Assembly (NCBI GenBank): GCA_017421085.1
Contig: JAFQMU010000187.1
Span: forward strand, 1-38,419
DNA from: Desulfovibrionaceae bacterium
GTDB lineage: Bacteria; Desulfobacterota; Desulfovibrionia; Desulfovibrionales; Desulfovibrionaceae
DNA: 38,419 nucleotides
Direction of reading: 5' to 3'
Position 1 is the stretch's first letter. Each line of letters starts with the position of its first letter. This document shows, in pieces, positions 18,859 through 27,780 of the stretch. Position numbers and translations under genes: made by a program. The notes below the pieces were generated by a model. That model saw only the letters and a list, made by a program, of their open reading frames with translations, had not been told where the DNA came from and searched no databases.

Positions 18859-20136
18859 TCAAAAGTCGCGTGTCATTTTGAGAGCGCAAAATCCGCCGCA
18901 CATGTCGCAGGGGCTGTCCGCATCAAGATTTTGTTTGCGTTCGCATACTGCTGCCGGGTCCAGGGCGGCCTTTTTCATGCCCTGCCAGTCAAGAGCGGAA
19001 CGGGCCTGATTCATGGCCTTTTCGCGGTGCAGGGCCCAGGGCCTGCGCAAGGCTGTTTCTCCGGCCTGAGCGGCGATGCGCGAGGCAATTACCCCCTGAC
19101 GCACATCTTCTACGCCGGGCAGGCCAAGGTGTTCGGCCGGGGTGAGGTAGCAGAGAAAATCCGCCCCGGCCTGAACCGCCAGGGCGGCCCCGATTGCTCC
19201 GGCAATATGGTCGTAGCCCGGGGAACTGTCGATGGTCAGGGGGCCGAGCACATACAGGGGGGCGCCATGGGTCAGGGTTTTGGCTGTGTGTATCTGGCTG
19301 GGCACCAGATGCAGCGGAACATGTCCCGGCCCCTCAACCATACACTGAACCCCGGCCTGGCGGGCTCTGCTTATCAGACCGGAGATGACAAGCATTTCAT
19401 CCCACTGGGCTGCATCGCCGGCATCGGCTCCTGCACCGGGGCGCATGCCGTCTCCCATGGAAATGGTCACATTGTAAGCGCGGCAGATTTCAAGAATTTC
19501 TTCAAAATGGGAGAGCAGCGGATTTCCCTGGTTATTCCGCTTCATCCAGCGGGCCAGAATTGAGCCGCCGCGCGAAACTATGCCCATGCAGCGCCTGTTT
19601 TTTTCTTCGGCCATGGCTGCGTTGGCGCGGGTAATTCCGCAGTGCAGGGTCATGAAGTCCACCCCCTGTTCAGCCTGAAGGCGAATTTCTTCGAGCAGCT
19701 CTTCGGGTTGAAAGCCGGCGGGGTCTTCACCCTGTTCAATATATCTTTGGGCCACCGCATAAATGGGCACCGTGCCGAGCGGGCAGGGGCAGGTGGAAAT
19801 AATCTGTTTGCGGATCTCGTTCAGGTTTCCGGCAATGGACAGATCCATCACCGTGTCGGCGCCGCTGAGCAGGGCGGTTTTAAGTTTGCACAGTTCAGAT
19901 TCCAGATTGTTGTTGCCGGGCGATGTGCCCAGGTTGGCGTTAACTTTCACCCGCCCCGGCTGTCCTACCGGAACAGGGCGCAGATTCGGGTGCAGCGGGT
20001 TGCCGAGCAGAACCATTTCTCCGTTTTCCAGACCGTTCAGCATCCGATCGGGCGAGAGCTGTTCATCTGCTGCCAGTCTGTTAAGATTGTTTTGAATTAA
20101 TGCGCCTAAGGCGCTGTTTTTGGAAATAAAGCTCAT
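18859..20136 (-). CDS. thiC: Phosphomethylpyrimidine synthase (short anaerobe-type ThiC)
   Basis: ThiC core motifs (..TVPIYA..GVDFMTLHCG..IVSRGGS..SMGDGMRPG..VMVEGPGHVPL..CDMCG..C). I chose the start at MSFISKN (20136), which follows GGAGAGG. A TPP riboswitch lies upstream. Confidence 0.95.
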   Translation of the reverse strand: MSFISKNSALGALIQNNLNRLAADEQLSPDRMLNGLENGEMVLLGNPLHPNLRPVPVGQPGRVKVNANLGTSPGNNNLESELCKLKTALLSGADTVMDLSIAGNLNEIRKQIISTCPCPLGTVPIYAVAQRYIEQGEDPAGFQPEELLEEIRLQAEQGVDFMTLHCGITRANAAMAEEKNRRCMGIVSRGGSILARWMKRNNQGNPLLSHFEEILEICRAYNVTISMGDGMRPGAGADAGDAAQWDEMLVISGLISRARQAGVQCMVEGPGHVPLHLVPSQIHTAKTLTHGAPLYVLGPLTIDSSPGYDHIAGAIGAALAVQAGADFLCYLTPAEHLGLPGVEDVRQGVIASRIAAQAGETALRRPWALHREKAMNQARSALDWQGMKKAALDPAAVCERKQNLDADSPCDMCGGFCALKMTRDF

Positions 20137-20322
20137 AAGATGTCCTCTCCGCTTTAATGGGATTGAATGCACTGGTCTGGGGGAGCAGGGGGGCGGAATC
20201 TCCATTTGCGCGAGACGGAAGGCTTACCTTCTGAAACCGGCTGCAGAGTGCGGCGGCGTTCATGCGCTGGGCAAGGCCACAATGTGGCGGAAAGGAAAAT
20301 AATGGACGGACAGTCATAATTA

Positions 20323-20404
20323 TTCCCTACGGCAGTATTGGCTGCATCAGGTTCAAAGGGTAAGGGAACAGCTCCCACTCTCAGCCCGGACGCCGGGCTC
20401 CCCC
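20323..20404 (-). promoter_or_regulatory. TPP (THI-box) riboswitch controlling thiC
   Basis: The minus strand reads GGGGAGCCCGGCGUCCGGGCUGAGAG..ACCCUUUGAACCUGAUGCAGCCAAUACUGCCGUAGGGAA. This matches the CUGAGA and ACCUGAU...GCGUAGGGAA consensus of TPP aptamers, about 185 nt upstream of the thiC ATG. Confidence 0.9.
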
Positions 20405-20475
20405 AAATTCCGAAACTGGGCTGATCGCCTTGAATGGCAACCGCGGCTGCGCCGCTGCGGGCGCGCCGTTAATAC

Positions 20476-20502
20476 GCGGCATCGCTGATTCAGCGATGCC
20501 GC
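20476..20502. terminator. Perfect 12-bp hairpin between the radical SAM gene and the thiC promoter region
   Basis: gcggcatcgctg-att-cagcgatgccgc, about 80 nt downstream of the radical SAM stop. There is no clear U-tract. Confidence 0.35.
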
Positions 20503-20580
20503 TCTTCTGATATAACATTCAAGCAAAAAACGCCACTGTATTTGTTTTGCTGAAGCTGATTCCCTTTTCTTTTTTTGGGC

Positions 20581-21903
20581 TCATGTACTGGTCAGGCTGG
20601 CAGAAACCGGAACCCCGTCGGGGCCGAGATATGGGTTGAAATAGCCGAAGCGCACCCAGGGGCAGTCACGCCGCACCCGTTTACGAAAGTTGTTCAGGCC
20701 CATATTCGGACCGAAATCAATTCCCTCCAGCAAATTCAGATACATTTCCGGGTCTATGTTCAGATTGCGCAGTTGAATGAAATCAATTTTAAATCTGGAA
20801 ATATTTTCAATCAGAGCATCAACTTCCAGCTCACAGTCGGATATGCCGGGGAAATAGAGCAGATTGAGCGACACAAAGATACCGTTTGCCTTGGCAATGG
20901 CGATGCTTTCCAGCACCTGCTCAAAACTGTAGCCGCAGGGGCGGTAATAGCGATCATAGACTTCCGGGCGCAGGCTGTTCAGGCTTACCCGCATGGAAGA
21001 AAGCCCGGCGGCGGCCAGCTTTTCCATCACTTCGGGGCGGGATGCGTTGGTGTTGAGGTTGACTGTGCCGGGGGTGAGCCCAAGGCGGGACTCTTCCTCC
21101 CGAAACAGACTTATTGCCTTGATGATTGTTTCTGCCTCAGTCAGGGGTTCGCCCTCGCAGCCCTGCCCGAAAGAATATACGGGAGTGCGTTTTTCGCGCC
21201 GGCCGTGCTGGAGCATGACCTCCGCTATTTCCTCCGGGGCGGGGGTGAAGGTAAGGCGGCACTGCGGGGTGGTCTGAATGGGGGAGTCTGGGTCCTGGGC
21301 TGAGATGCAGCCTATGCAGCGGGCATTGCATACCCGTGAAACCGGGAGAGGCGCTTCGTAGCGCCCCAGAGCCAGATTGCGGGCCGCCGGACAGGCGTAG
21401 GTGAGGGCGCATTTTTCCATAAGATGCTGCATCAGCCGGTTCCGGGGGTAGCGTTTAAGCAGATTGCGCGCCTCCCGCCTGATGACGGCAGGAGGAATGT
21501 CGCAAAAAACCTGCCGGTTGTCCTGATCAACCCGGCGAGCGCACACATAAAAACGGCCGTTGGCAAAGCCTACCGCCCCATAGGCAAACAGGGGAAGGGT
21601 GGGGGCGTCGGGGGCGCTGACATAAGCGGCGCTGCCGCTCAGCGTATGCGCTGGCGACACAAAGGCGGCTACTGCAGTTTCTTCCAGCGAAACCAGCTCC
21701 CCATTTTCAGGGTTAAGGCCCACAGCCTTGCGCCCCGGCAGCAGAAACATTTCGCTTTCCGCAGGCAGGGGCACGAGCTCGTCGGGGCGCGGGAGGCTGA
21801 AGCTGCCGCCCTGTCTGCAAACCATCAGCAGTTCGGGGTGTTCAAAAATATTGCCGTCTTCATCGGCCATCAGCATAAGCGGTCTGATTTCTGGTGATGC
21901 CAT
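20581..21903 (-). CDS. Radical SAM protein with uncharacterised ~190-aa N-terminal region
   Basis: CNARCIGC (CxxxCxxC) cluster motif about 190 aa into the protein, followed by a TIM-barrel-like core. I see no SPASM/twitch Cys pattern. Confidence 0.85.
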   Translation of the reverse strand: MASPEIRPLMLMADEDGNIFEHPELLMVCRQGGSFSLPRPDELVPLPAESEMFLLPGRKAVGLNPENGELVSLEETAVAAFVSPAHTLSGSAAYVSAPDAPTLPLFAYGAVGFANGRFYVCARRVDQDNRQVFCDIPPAVIRREARNLLKRYPRNRLMQHLMEKCALTYACPAARNLALGRYEAPLPVSRVCNARCIGCISAQDPDSPIQTTPQCRLTFTPAPEEIAEVMLQHGRREKRTPVYSFGQGCEGEPLTEAETIIKAISLFREEESRLGLTPGTVNLNTNASRPEVMEKLAAAGLSSMRVSLNSLRPEVYDRYYRPCGYSFEQVLESIAIAKANGIFVSLNLLYFPGISDCELEVDALIENISRFKIDFIQLRNLNIDPEMYLNLLEGIDFGPNMGLNNFRKRVRRDCPWVRFGYFNPYLGPDGVPVSASLTST

Positions 21904-22048
21904 AAACTTTAATCTGGGAAAGTGGGTTGAATGGCGTTTGCGCCTGTGTTATTGCTTGCCTTGTTGGCATTTGTTTTCCGAACCGTAAGGCGAGCTTGCC
22001 TTGCAGATAAGCATAAGTCAATTTTTTATTTTACTAAAGAGGATTTTA

Positions 22049-22456
22049 ATGTTTGATCAGGTTACTTTGTTCATGATTTTCATGATGCTGTGCTTTGCGG
22101 GCATGGCGGCCATGTTTTATTTTATTTTGCGAGGGCTGGATGAGCTTACCCGCGAACTGCGGGGTGAAAGAACTCAGCTTATCGGCATTATGCAGTCGGT
22201 GGAGTCGAGCGTTGAACTGCTGGTCAAGGCAGCTCAGCTTTCCCTGAAACATCAGGCCGGTCGCGTCGCTGCAACTTCTTCTGACGCGGTTCAAAATAAG
22301 CAGACTGTACCTTTTGCAGCAGGGGAAAGCCCGTTGCAAAAACCGGCTGAAATCAGACTTGAGGACGGGTTTGCCCCGCTCAGCATAAACGGTTCAGTGA
22401 GCGCAACCGCAAACCCGCGCAACGATCAGTTTCTGGAGTTTGGAAAAAACCGCTGA
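22049..22456 (+). CDS. Hypothetical single-pass membrane protein
   Basis: AAGAGGA SD 5 nt before the ATG at 22049. An N-terminal TM helix (LFMIFMMLCFAGMAAMFYFIL) is followed by a helical segment. I recognise no family. Confidence 0.45.
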   Translation: MFDQVTLFMIFMMLCFAGMAAMFYFILRGLDELTRELRGERTQLIGIMQSVESSVELLVKAAQLSLKHQAGRVAATSSDAVQNKQTVPFAAGESPLQKPAEIRLEDGFAPLSINGSVSATANPRNDQFLEFGKNR

Positions 22457-22564
22457 GCAGTAACGGTTTTCCCGTCAGAGACAAATCCCGCGGTATCAGC
22501 TTGCTGCTGGTCTGCGGGCGGTTCCCCCGTTTTGGGCGGATAACGCAATGACCCAGGAGGTTTT

Positions 22565-23680
22565 ATGCGCGTAGGCATTCCTAAGGAAATTAAAGAAAGC
22601 GAAGATCGGGTCGCCATCACCCCGGCAGGCGTAAAGGATTTGGTAAACGCCGGACATCAGGTGCTGGTGGAAAAGGATGCCGGTTTGGGCAGTTTAATCA
22701 GAAATGAAGAATATGAGGCTGCCGGCGCTGTTATTGTGCCTTCTGCCGCCGAGGCCTGGGCCGCAGATCTGGTTTTAAAAATAAAGGAGCCCATTTCTTC
22801 TGAATTCCGCTATCTGCGTCCCAATATGGTGCTGTTTACATATCTGCATCTTGCGGCGGCGCGCGATTTGGCAGATGCACTGATAAAAGCCGGAACCACT
22901 GCTTTCGCCTATGAAACTGTGCAGATGCCCGATCGCTCTCTGCCTCTGCTTGCCCCCATGAGCGAGGTGGCCGGGCGGATGGCTGTGCTGATGGGCGCTT
23001 CTTATCTCGCAAAAAATAAAGGCGGAAAGGGAATGCTGCTCTCCGGCGTGCCGGGCGTAGCGCCGGGCCGCTGTGTAATTGTAGGCGGCGGCCAGGTGGG
23101 TACCAACGCTGCAAAAGTGGCTGTCGGGCTCGGAGCTGAAGTGACTGTGCTTGATAACAATATCGAACGCCTGCGCTATCTGAATGATATTTTCGGTTCC
23201 AGAATAAGAACTGTCGCCTCAAATTCGCACAATCTTGCGCAGGAGGTGAAAGGCGCCGATCTGCTCATCGGGGCGGTGCTGATTCCCGGGGCCGTTACTC
23301 CCAAGCTGGTCAGCGAAGAGATGGTTAAAAGCATGGGAGAAGGCTCGGTAATTGTGGACGTTGCCGTTGACCAGGGCGGATCTGTGGCTACCATCGACCG
23401 GGCGACAACCCATAGCGACCCCATTTATGTTAAGCATGGAGTGGTGCACTATGCCGTGTCCAATATGCCGGGTGCCTTCCCCCGCACCTCTACCTATGCC
23501 CTGACCAATGTTACCCTGCCCTATGCCCTGCAACTGGCCAACAAGGGCTGGAAGCAGGCCGCCCGTGAAAATCACGCTCTGGCCCTGGGCCTGAACACCA
23601 CGGGAGGGTATTATGTGCATAAGGCTGTTGCCCATTCCTTGCAGGGAGTAAGCATTGCGCTTGATGAGGCAATTCTTTAA
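22565..23680 (+). CDS. ald: Alanine dehydrogenase
   Basis: AGGAGG SD. MRVGIPKEIK..E.RVA.TPAGV start, GxGxxG (VIVGGGQVGTNAA), full length 371 aa. Confidence 0.95.
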   Translation: MRVGIPKEIKESEDRVAITPAGVKDLVNAGHQVLVEKDAGLGSLIRNEEYEAAGAVIVPSAAEAWAADLVLKIKEPISSEFRYLRPNMVLFTYLHLAAARDLADALIKAGTTAFAYETVQMPDRSLPLLAPMSEVAGRMAVLMGASYLAKNKGGKGMLLSGVPGVAPGRCVIVGGGQVGTNAAKVAVGLGAEVTVLDNNIERLRYLNDIFGSRIRTVASNSHNLAQEVKGADLLIGAVLIPGAVTPKLVSEEMVKSMGEGSVIVDVAVDQGGSVATIDRATTHSDPIYVKHGVVHYAVSNMPGAFPRTSTYALTNVTLPYALQLANKGWKQAARENHALALGLNTTGGYYVHKAVAHSLQGVSIALDEAIL

Positions 23681-23784
23681 GCCGGGGGCACAGCCCGCTC
23701 AGGAATGAGCTTTTATTCTTCTCATCCCATGGCTACAGGCATCGTTCCGTTCGCATAGGGACAGGGGCGGTTATTTTGTGAATG

Positions 23785-23817
23785 ACGGAGCAGTTTATTT
23801 AACTGCTCCGTTTTTTT
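23785..23817 (+). terminator. Rho-independent terminator of ald
   Basis: An 11-bp stem (acggagcagtt/aactgctccgt) followed by T7. Confidence 0.7.
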
Positions 23818-24054
23818 GTGTCTTTTCAGGTGCATTTCCTGGAGCCGGTTTCCTGCGCATGCGGACTGTCGGAATTATCCAATGAGCTGTACAGCGCAAC
23901 TGCGGAGATGCTGATGCTCCGGGCAGATTATAAGGCCTTACCGGCAGATGTCAGGCGCATCCTGCATTAAGAGACTGAAAATAAATTTCCGGCAGGAGCC
24001 GGGGTGCAATGACATCCCGTCTCTCCAATTGTTTGTTGCAGAGAGCAGATACCA

Positions 24055-24085
24055 CAAAAAAGGCGGGAACAACGCCCGCCTTTTA
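24055..24085. terminator. Bidirectional terminator after the TolA-like gene
   Basis: aggcggg-aacaacg-cccgcct stem, flanked by A5-6 and T4, 18 nt past the stop at 24103. Confidence 0.6.
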
Positions 24086-24102
24086 GGTTTGCCCTTATTT
24101 CA

Positions 24103-25224
24103 TTATTCAAGCCATTTATTGTTTTTGTATTGAATCAGTTCGCACATGTTGCGCTGCTTGATAATTTTTCCTTCGGCGCTGAGGGCCTCTTCGCGGCTGG
24201 AAGAACGCACTTCATACAGGCATTCCCGGTAGCGCACCTTACCCACATATTTAAAAGGCGAGCCCTTTCCGGCAGGGGTGGCTTCAACGCTCAATGAATT
24301 CGGGTCGACGAAATAGTAGCGACAGATATAGGTTTCGCCTTCACGCACAATTTCACGTTCGCTTTTGTTGGGGGCGATACTTCTGTTAATCAGATTAACC
24401 CGCTTGTTGCCGAAAGCCACCAGCTTGTTCATAACATCAGCCGGCGCTGCGCCAGCGGTGGCCGGCGTGGTGGGGGCCACTGCAACCGATGTCTGCGGTT
24501 TTGGCTGCTGCTGCTGCGCCTGGCGCTCTTTTTCAGCCTTTTCCCTGGCAAGTCTTTCTTTCGCTTCTTTCTCTTTTCGGGCCTTCTCTTTTGCTGCCAG
24601 TTCGGCTTTTTCCTTTTCAGCCCTGTCCCTTTCAGCTTTTTCTTCAGCTTCCCTGGCCAGGGCAATCTGCTTCAGGCGTTCACTTTCCGCTGCAAGAGCA
24701 GCCAGGACTTCTTCCGCCTTCTTGTCAAAAATGGACTTTACAGACAGCAGACTGCTGGAACCTCCCAGAGCCAGAGGGCTGTTGAACAGAGCCGCTATGT
24801 TTTCATCCGCCGCTGGAGCGGTGGCATTGCCTGAAGGGGCGGAAACAGGGGCTTCATCCATTGCCTCGGGCGCCGTGGTGGCGTTGGCAGTTATATTGAT
24901 TGAGGGGGAAACTGCGGCAACTTCTCTGGTTTTATCAGATGGGGCGCCTTGAGCCGCGGGTGCTGCGTCTGGTTCTGCAGAAATTTGGTTTGCTGGTATT
25001 TCTCCAGCCTCGCTCGGCGTGTTGTTGCCGTGAGCAGTGTCAGGTTTAATCAGGTCTGCTGTATCTGCGGTTTCCGGGGCAATAATTATTGTGGCATTGA
25101 GCGCATCATTTTCCTGATTTGCTTCGCCAGCTGGTACAGAATTTGTTTCTCTGCCTGCAAATACGGCAATTAAAATCAGGGCAATTGCAATAACGATTAC
25201 TATTGCACTACGGCTAATTTTCAT
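24103..25224 (-). CDS. Membrane-anchored, TolA-like periplasm-spanning protein (hypothetical)
   Basis: N-terminal TM anchor (AIVIVIAIALILIAVFA), then an A/P/T/N-rich linker. Next comes a Lys/Glu/Ala helical stretch (EAEEKAERDRAEKEKAELAAKEKARKEKEAKERLAREKAEKERQ), a PT-rich linker and a ~110-aa C-terminal globular domain of unknown family. Confidence 0.6.
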   Translation of the reverse strand: MKISRSAIVIVIAIALILIAVFAGRETNSVPAGEANQENDALNATIIIAPETADTADLIKPDTAHGNNTPSEAGEIPANQISAEPDAAPAAQGAPSDKTREVAAVSPSINITANATTAPEAMDEAPVSAPSGNATAPAADENIAALFNSPLALGGSSSLLSVKSIFDKKAEEVLAALAAESERLKQIALAREAEEKAERDRAEKEKAELAAKEKARKEKEAKERLAREKAEKERQAQQQQPKPQTSVAVAPTTPATAGAAPADVMNKLVAFGNKRVNLINRSIAPNKSEREIVREGETYICRYYFVDPNSLSVEATPAGKGSPFKYVGKVRYRECLYEVRSSSREEALSAEGKIIKQRNMCELIQYKNNKWLE

Positions 25225-25305
25225 AGTTTCACCGATAATTAATTAAAGTTATAGATTAAAAACGGTAAAGCAGGGCGCGCAAAATCAGAAGGAGGGCTTA
25301 CAGGT

Positions 25306-25330
25306 GTGGCCCGGCCGATGGCCGGGCCAC
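25306..25330. terminator. Perfect 11-bp GC-rich intercistronic hairpin
   Basis: gtggcccggcc-gat-ggccgggccac between the vWA-OmpA stop (25352) and the TolA-like start (25224). No U-tract, so it may be an attenuator or stabiliser rather than a full terminator. Confidence 0.4.
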
Positions 25331-25351
25331 ATAAGTGTTGGAACTAAGTAA

Positions 25352-26365
25352 CTATTCAACGTTGAGTTCAACGCGACGATTAAGGCGTCTGGTTTCTTCA
25401 GTAGCGTTGCTGTACTTGGGATTGCTTTCGCCAAAGCCGCGGGCGATCAGACGATCAGCGGCAATACCCTTAGCGATGAGATAGTCGCGAACAGAGTTGG
25501 CGCGGCGCTCAGACAGGCGCTGGTTGTACTGTTCAGAACCGAGATCGCAGGTATGACCGTCAACATAAATGGTGCCGCTCTGATCCTTCAGCATAGAGGC
25601 AGCTTCGTTCAGGATGCCCTTGGCAGTAGCGTCAAGAGCAGCGGAGTCAAACGCGAACTGAACACTGCGCAGAACGATAACTTCACCGCAGGTGTAGAAC
25701 ACATCGTTGATGAACTGGTTCATGGCCTGTTCGTCATTGAGAATTTCAAAGCCGCTTACATACACGGTGTTGGGGTTGAGGGCGGCAATCTGGTCAAGGT
25801 AGGCCTTTCCTTCGGGGCTGTCGGCCAGAGAAACAACATGGATTACGGCATTGGGGTTGGCGGCATACAGAGCGCGGGCCTGTTCAACCGGGTCAGTACC
25901 GCGGTTGGACATACCGTCTGAAACCAGGATAATGGCGGAACGACCGGGCATGGCCTGTGCAACGGCGGAGTATTCATAAAGGCCGTCGCCCATGGCGGTC
26001 ATGCGGTAGAAGGGATCCCAATCGGAGCGCAGGGTGCTTACAGCAGCTGCGAACAAATCTTTGTTGTAGGGGCCGGCAGGCAGGATTTCTTCAAACGGGG
26101 AGAAGGTGTGAATGCCGGCGGTATAGCTGATAGGAGCAAGTTTGCTGTTTACAGTTTCCATGATGCTCTTAGCCATATCCATTTTCACAGGGCCGGCAAC
26201 ATTACCGTCACTATAATGCATCATCATAGAGCCGGAATAGTCCACCAGGAAGTCAAAACTGTCAACTTTCGCGGTCGGGTTGGGGCAAAGTTGCTGTGCC
26301 TGAGCGGTTGTGGAGATAGCGAGCATAAAAGCCGCTGCCAGTACGAATGATTTAAGCAGTCTCAT
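25352..26365 (-). CDS. Periplasmic vWA-domain protein with C-terminal OmpA-like peptidoglycan-binding domain
   Basis: GGAGGA SD before MRLLKS (26365). Signal peptide ..ISTTAQA. MIDAS-like DYSGSM. C-terminal OmpA_C motifs (..GHTCDLGSEQYNQRLSERRANSV..NRRVEL). Confidence 0.85.
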   Translation of the reverse strand: MRLLKSFVLAAAFMLAISTTAQAQQLCPNPTAKVDSFDFLVDYSGSMMMHYSDGNVAGPVKMDMAKSIMETVNSKLAPISYTAGIHTFSPFEEILPAGPYNKDLFAAAVSTLRSDWDPFYRMTAMGDGLYEYSAVAQAMPGRSAIILVSDGMSNRGTDPVEQARALYAANPNAVIHVVSLADSPEGKAYLDQIAALNPNTVYVSGFEILNDEQAMNQFINDVFYTCGEVIVLRSVQFAFDSAALDATAKGILNEAASMLKDQSGTIYVDGHTCDLGSEQYNQRLSERRANSVRDYLIAKGIAADRLIARGFGESNPKYSNATEETRRLNRRVELNVE

Positions 26366-26662
26366 CAGGTTCCTCCAGTTTCTTGGGAAGGTGTTATGCC
26401 AGAAAATCCATGGCGAACACATTTTCATGCGCCACACAATATGACGCTTTTTGGTTTGTGAATTGACTTTTATAAAAAGTCCAGCCTAACATATCCATTA
26501 TTTATGATATCTATTTAAAATATTTTGAAGCCCTGCGTCAAGCAATAAATCCAATTAACTGTAAACTTATATCAGTTTTTTTGCCTGGCAAAATGAGAAC
26601 AAATATGAAAAAGCGGCCTGTGGACGCAGAGGTTTTTATCAGGGATATATAACATATCAAAT

Positions 26663-27070
26663 TTATTTTTTCACCAGTATTACCCCTAACTTTTCAAGCT
26701 CTTCCAAAAAAGCCTTGCGTCTGATGGGCTTTACCATATAGCCAGTCGCGCTGCCCAGAGAAAAGGCGTCATGCAGCTGCGGGGTGTTGTCCAGGCCGGA
26801 AATGATAATAATTTTGGCGCTGTCTTTTTCATCAACACCAAATTCTTTTTCAATTTCTCTCAGTTCTCTCAGGGTCTGCTGCCCATCAGAGTTTGGCATG
26901 AGCAGATCAAGGGTAACCAGCCGGTAAGGAGTTTTTTCCGCCAGCGCCCGCTGGAAAGCCAGAACGCCTTCTTCGCCGTCTGTCACCACATCTGAGCGGC
27001 CAAAAGGCTGCAAAAACTTTTTCAGAATCATCCTGCTGTTGAAGTCGTCATCTATAATCAGACACTTCAT
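26663..27070 (-). CDS. Stand-alone CheY-like response-regulator receiver domain
   Basis: GGAGAA SD before MKCLIIDDD. Phospho-acceptor context LVTLDLLMP and conserved Lys (GYMVKP). No output domain. Confidence 0.85.
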   Translation of the reverse strand: MKCLIIDDDFNSRMILKKFLQPFGRSDVVTDGEEGVLAFQRALAEKTPYRLVTLDLLMPNSDGQQTLRELREIEKEFGVDEKDSAKIIIISGLDNTPQLHDAFSLGSATGYMVKPIRRKAFLEELEKLGVILVKK

Positions 27071-27310
27071 AAAGTTCTCCAATAAAGTACCCTGAAAAAT
27101 ATTACTTCAGGCTGCAGACATGAGCAAGAAAAAGTTGAAATAGAATTAAGGAAGTATCGGGGAATCCGCCGTAGCACAAGCCTGATTAAATCGCGGTAAA
27201 AAAGCGGGACAAGTGAACGCTGTTCGATTTCCGCCTGAAGCGTCAAGGGGCAAGGCTGGAGAAGAGCGCGGAGCTTAATTGAAAAAAGTTGAGATTTTAA
27301 AATAAAATGC

Positions 27311-27339
27311 TTGACTAAATCCGCTTCGGCGTCTAAAAG
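27311..27339 (+). promoter_or_regulatory. Candidate sigma70 promoter of tRNA-Lys
   Basis: TTGACT-17 nt-TAAAAG with an A/T-rich UP-like tract upstream. The -10 element ends 14 nt before the tRNA 5' end. Confidence 0.4.
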
Positions 27340-27353
27340 AGCAATCACCAACC

Positions 27354-27429
<76 letters not shown>

Positions 27430-27445
27430 AAAACAAATCCATCAG

Positions 27446-27485
27446 CCTCCGGGAAAGTTCATAAGACGTCCCGGAGGTTTTTTTT
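27446..27485 (+). terminator. Rho-independent terminator of tRNA-Lys
   Basis: A 9-bp stem (cctccggga/tcccggagg) followed by T8. Confidence 0.8.
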
Positions 27486-27755
27486 GTTAAGAGTATTATA
27501 AAATACCTTGAAGCCATGAGGCTTGAAGGTGAGCAGGCCCGGGAAGATGAAGAAAAGGCCCTGTCGGAGCTTAAGGCCGAGATGGAACGGTTGGGCCTGC
27601 AGCAAATTTTGCATGAGGCGGCCGCCACAGTGGGCTACATGGGCGGGGCCCTTGTCTTTATCGACACCGGCGAACTTGGGGAGGCATTATACAACTGCTA
27701 TGGAGCTTTTGTACCCTGCCGGTTATGCAGTTATAGAACCGGGCAGACGGCATAA
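27486..27755 (+). pseudogene. Possible phage portal-like (DUF1073-type) gene fragment
   Basis: A short open frame starts directly after the tRNA terminator: ..AEMERLGLQQILHEAAATVGYMGGALVFIDTGELGEAL.. This resembles the RLGL...A....GGALL..D.G segment of DUF1073 portal proteins as I remember it. There is no SD and no flanking phage genes. Low confidence. Confidence 0.3.
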
Positions 27756-27780
27756 AATAAAGCCGCCTGCCCGGTTGCTC

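Noticed and set aside
23818-23970. A 50-codon GTG-initiated ORF (..LEPVSCACGLSELSNELY..) after the ald terminator, with superficial ArsR-like Cys spacing.
   Set aside because: It has no SD, starts within the terminator T-tract, and does not match the ELCVCDL metal-site motif. It is most likely non-coding.
24480-24700. Periodic low-complexity DNA (ttc/ttt/ctt-rich on the plus strand) that could be mistaken for a repeat array.
   Set aside because: It is the coding sequence of the Lys/Glu/Ala-rich helix of the TolA-like protein, with no spacer/repeat structure of CRISPR type.
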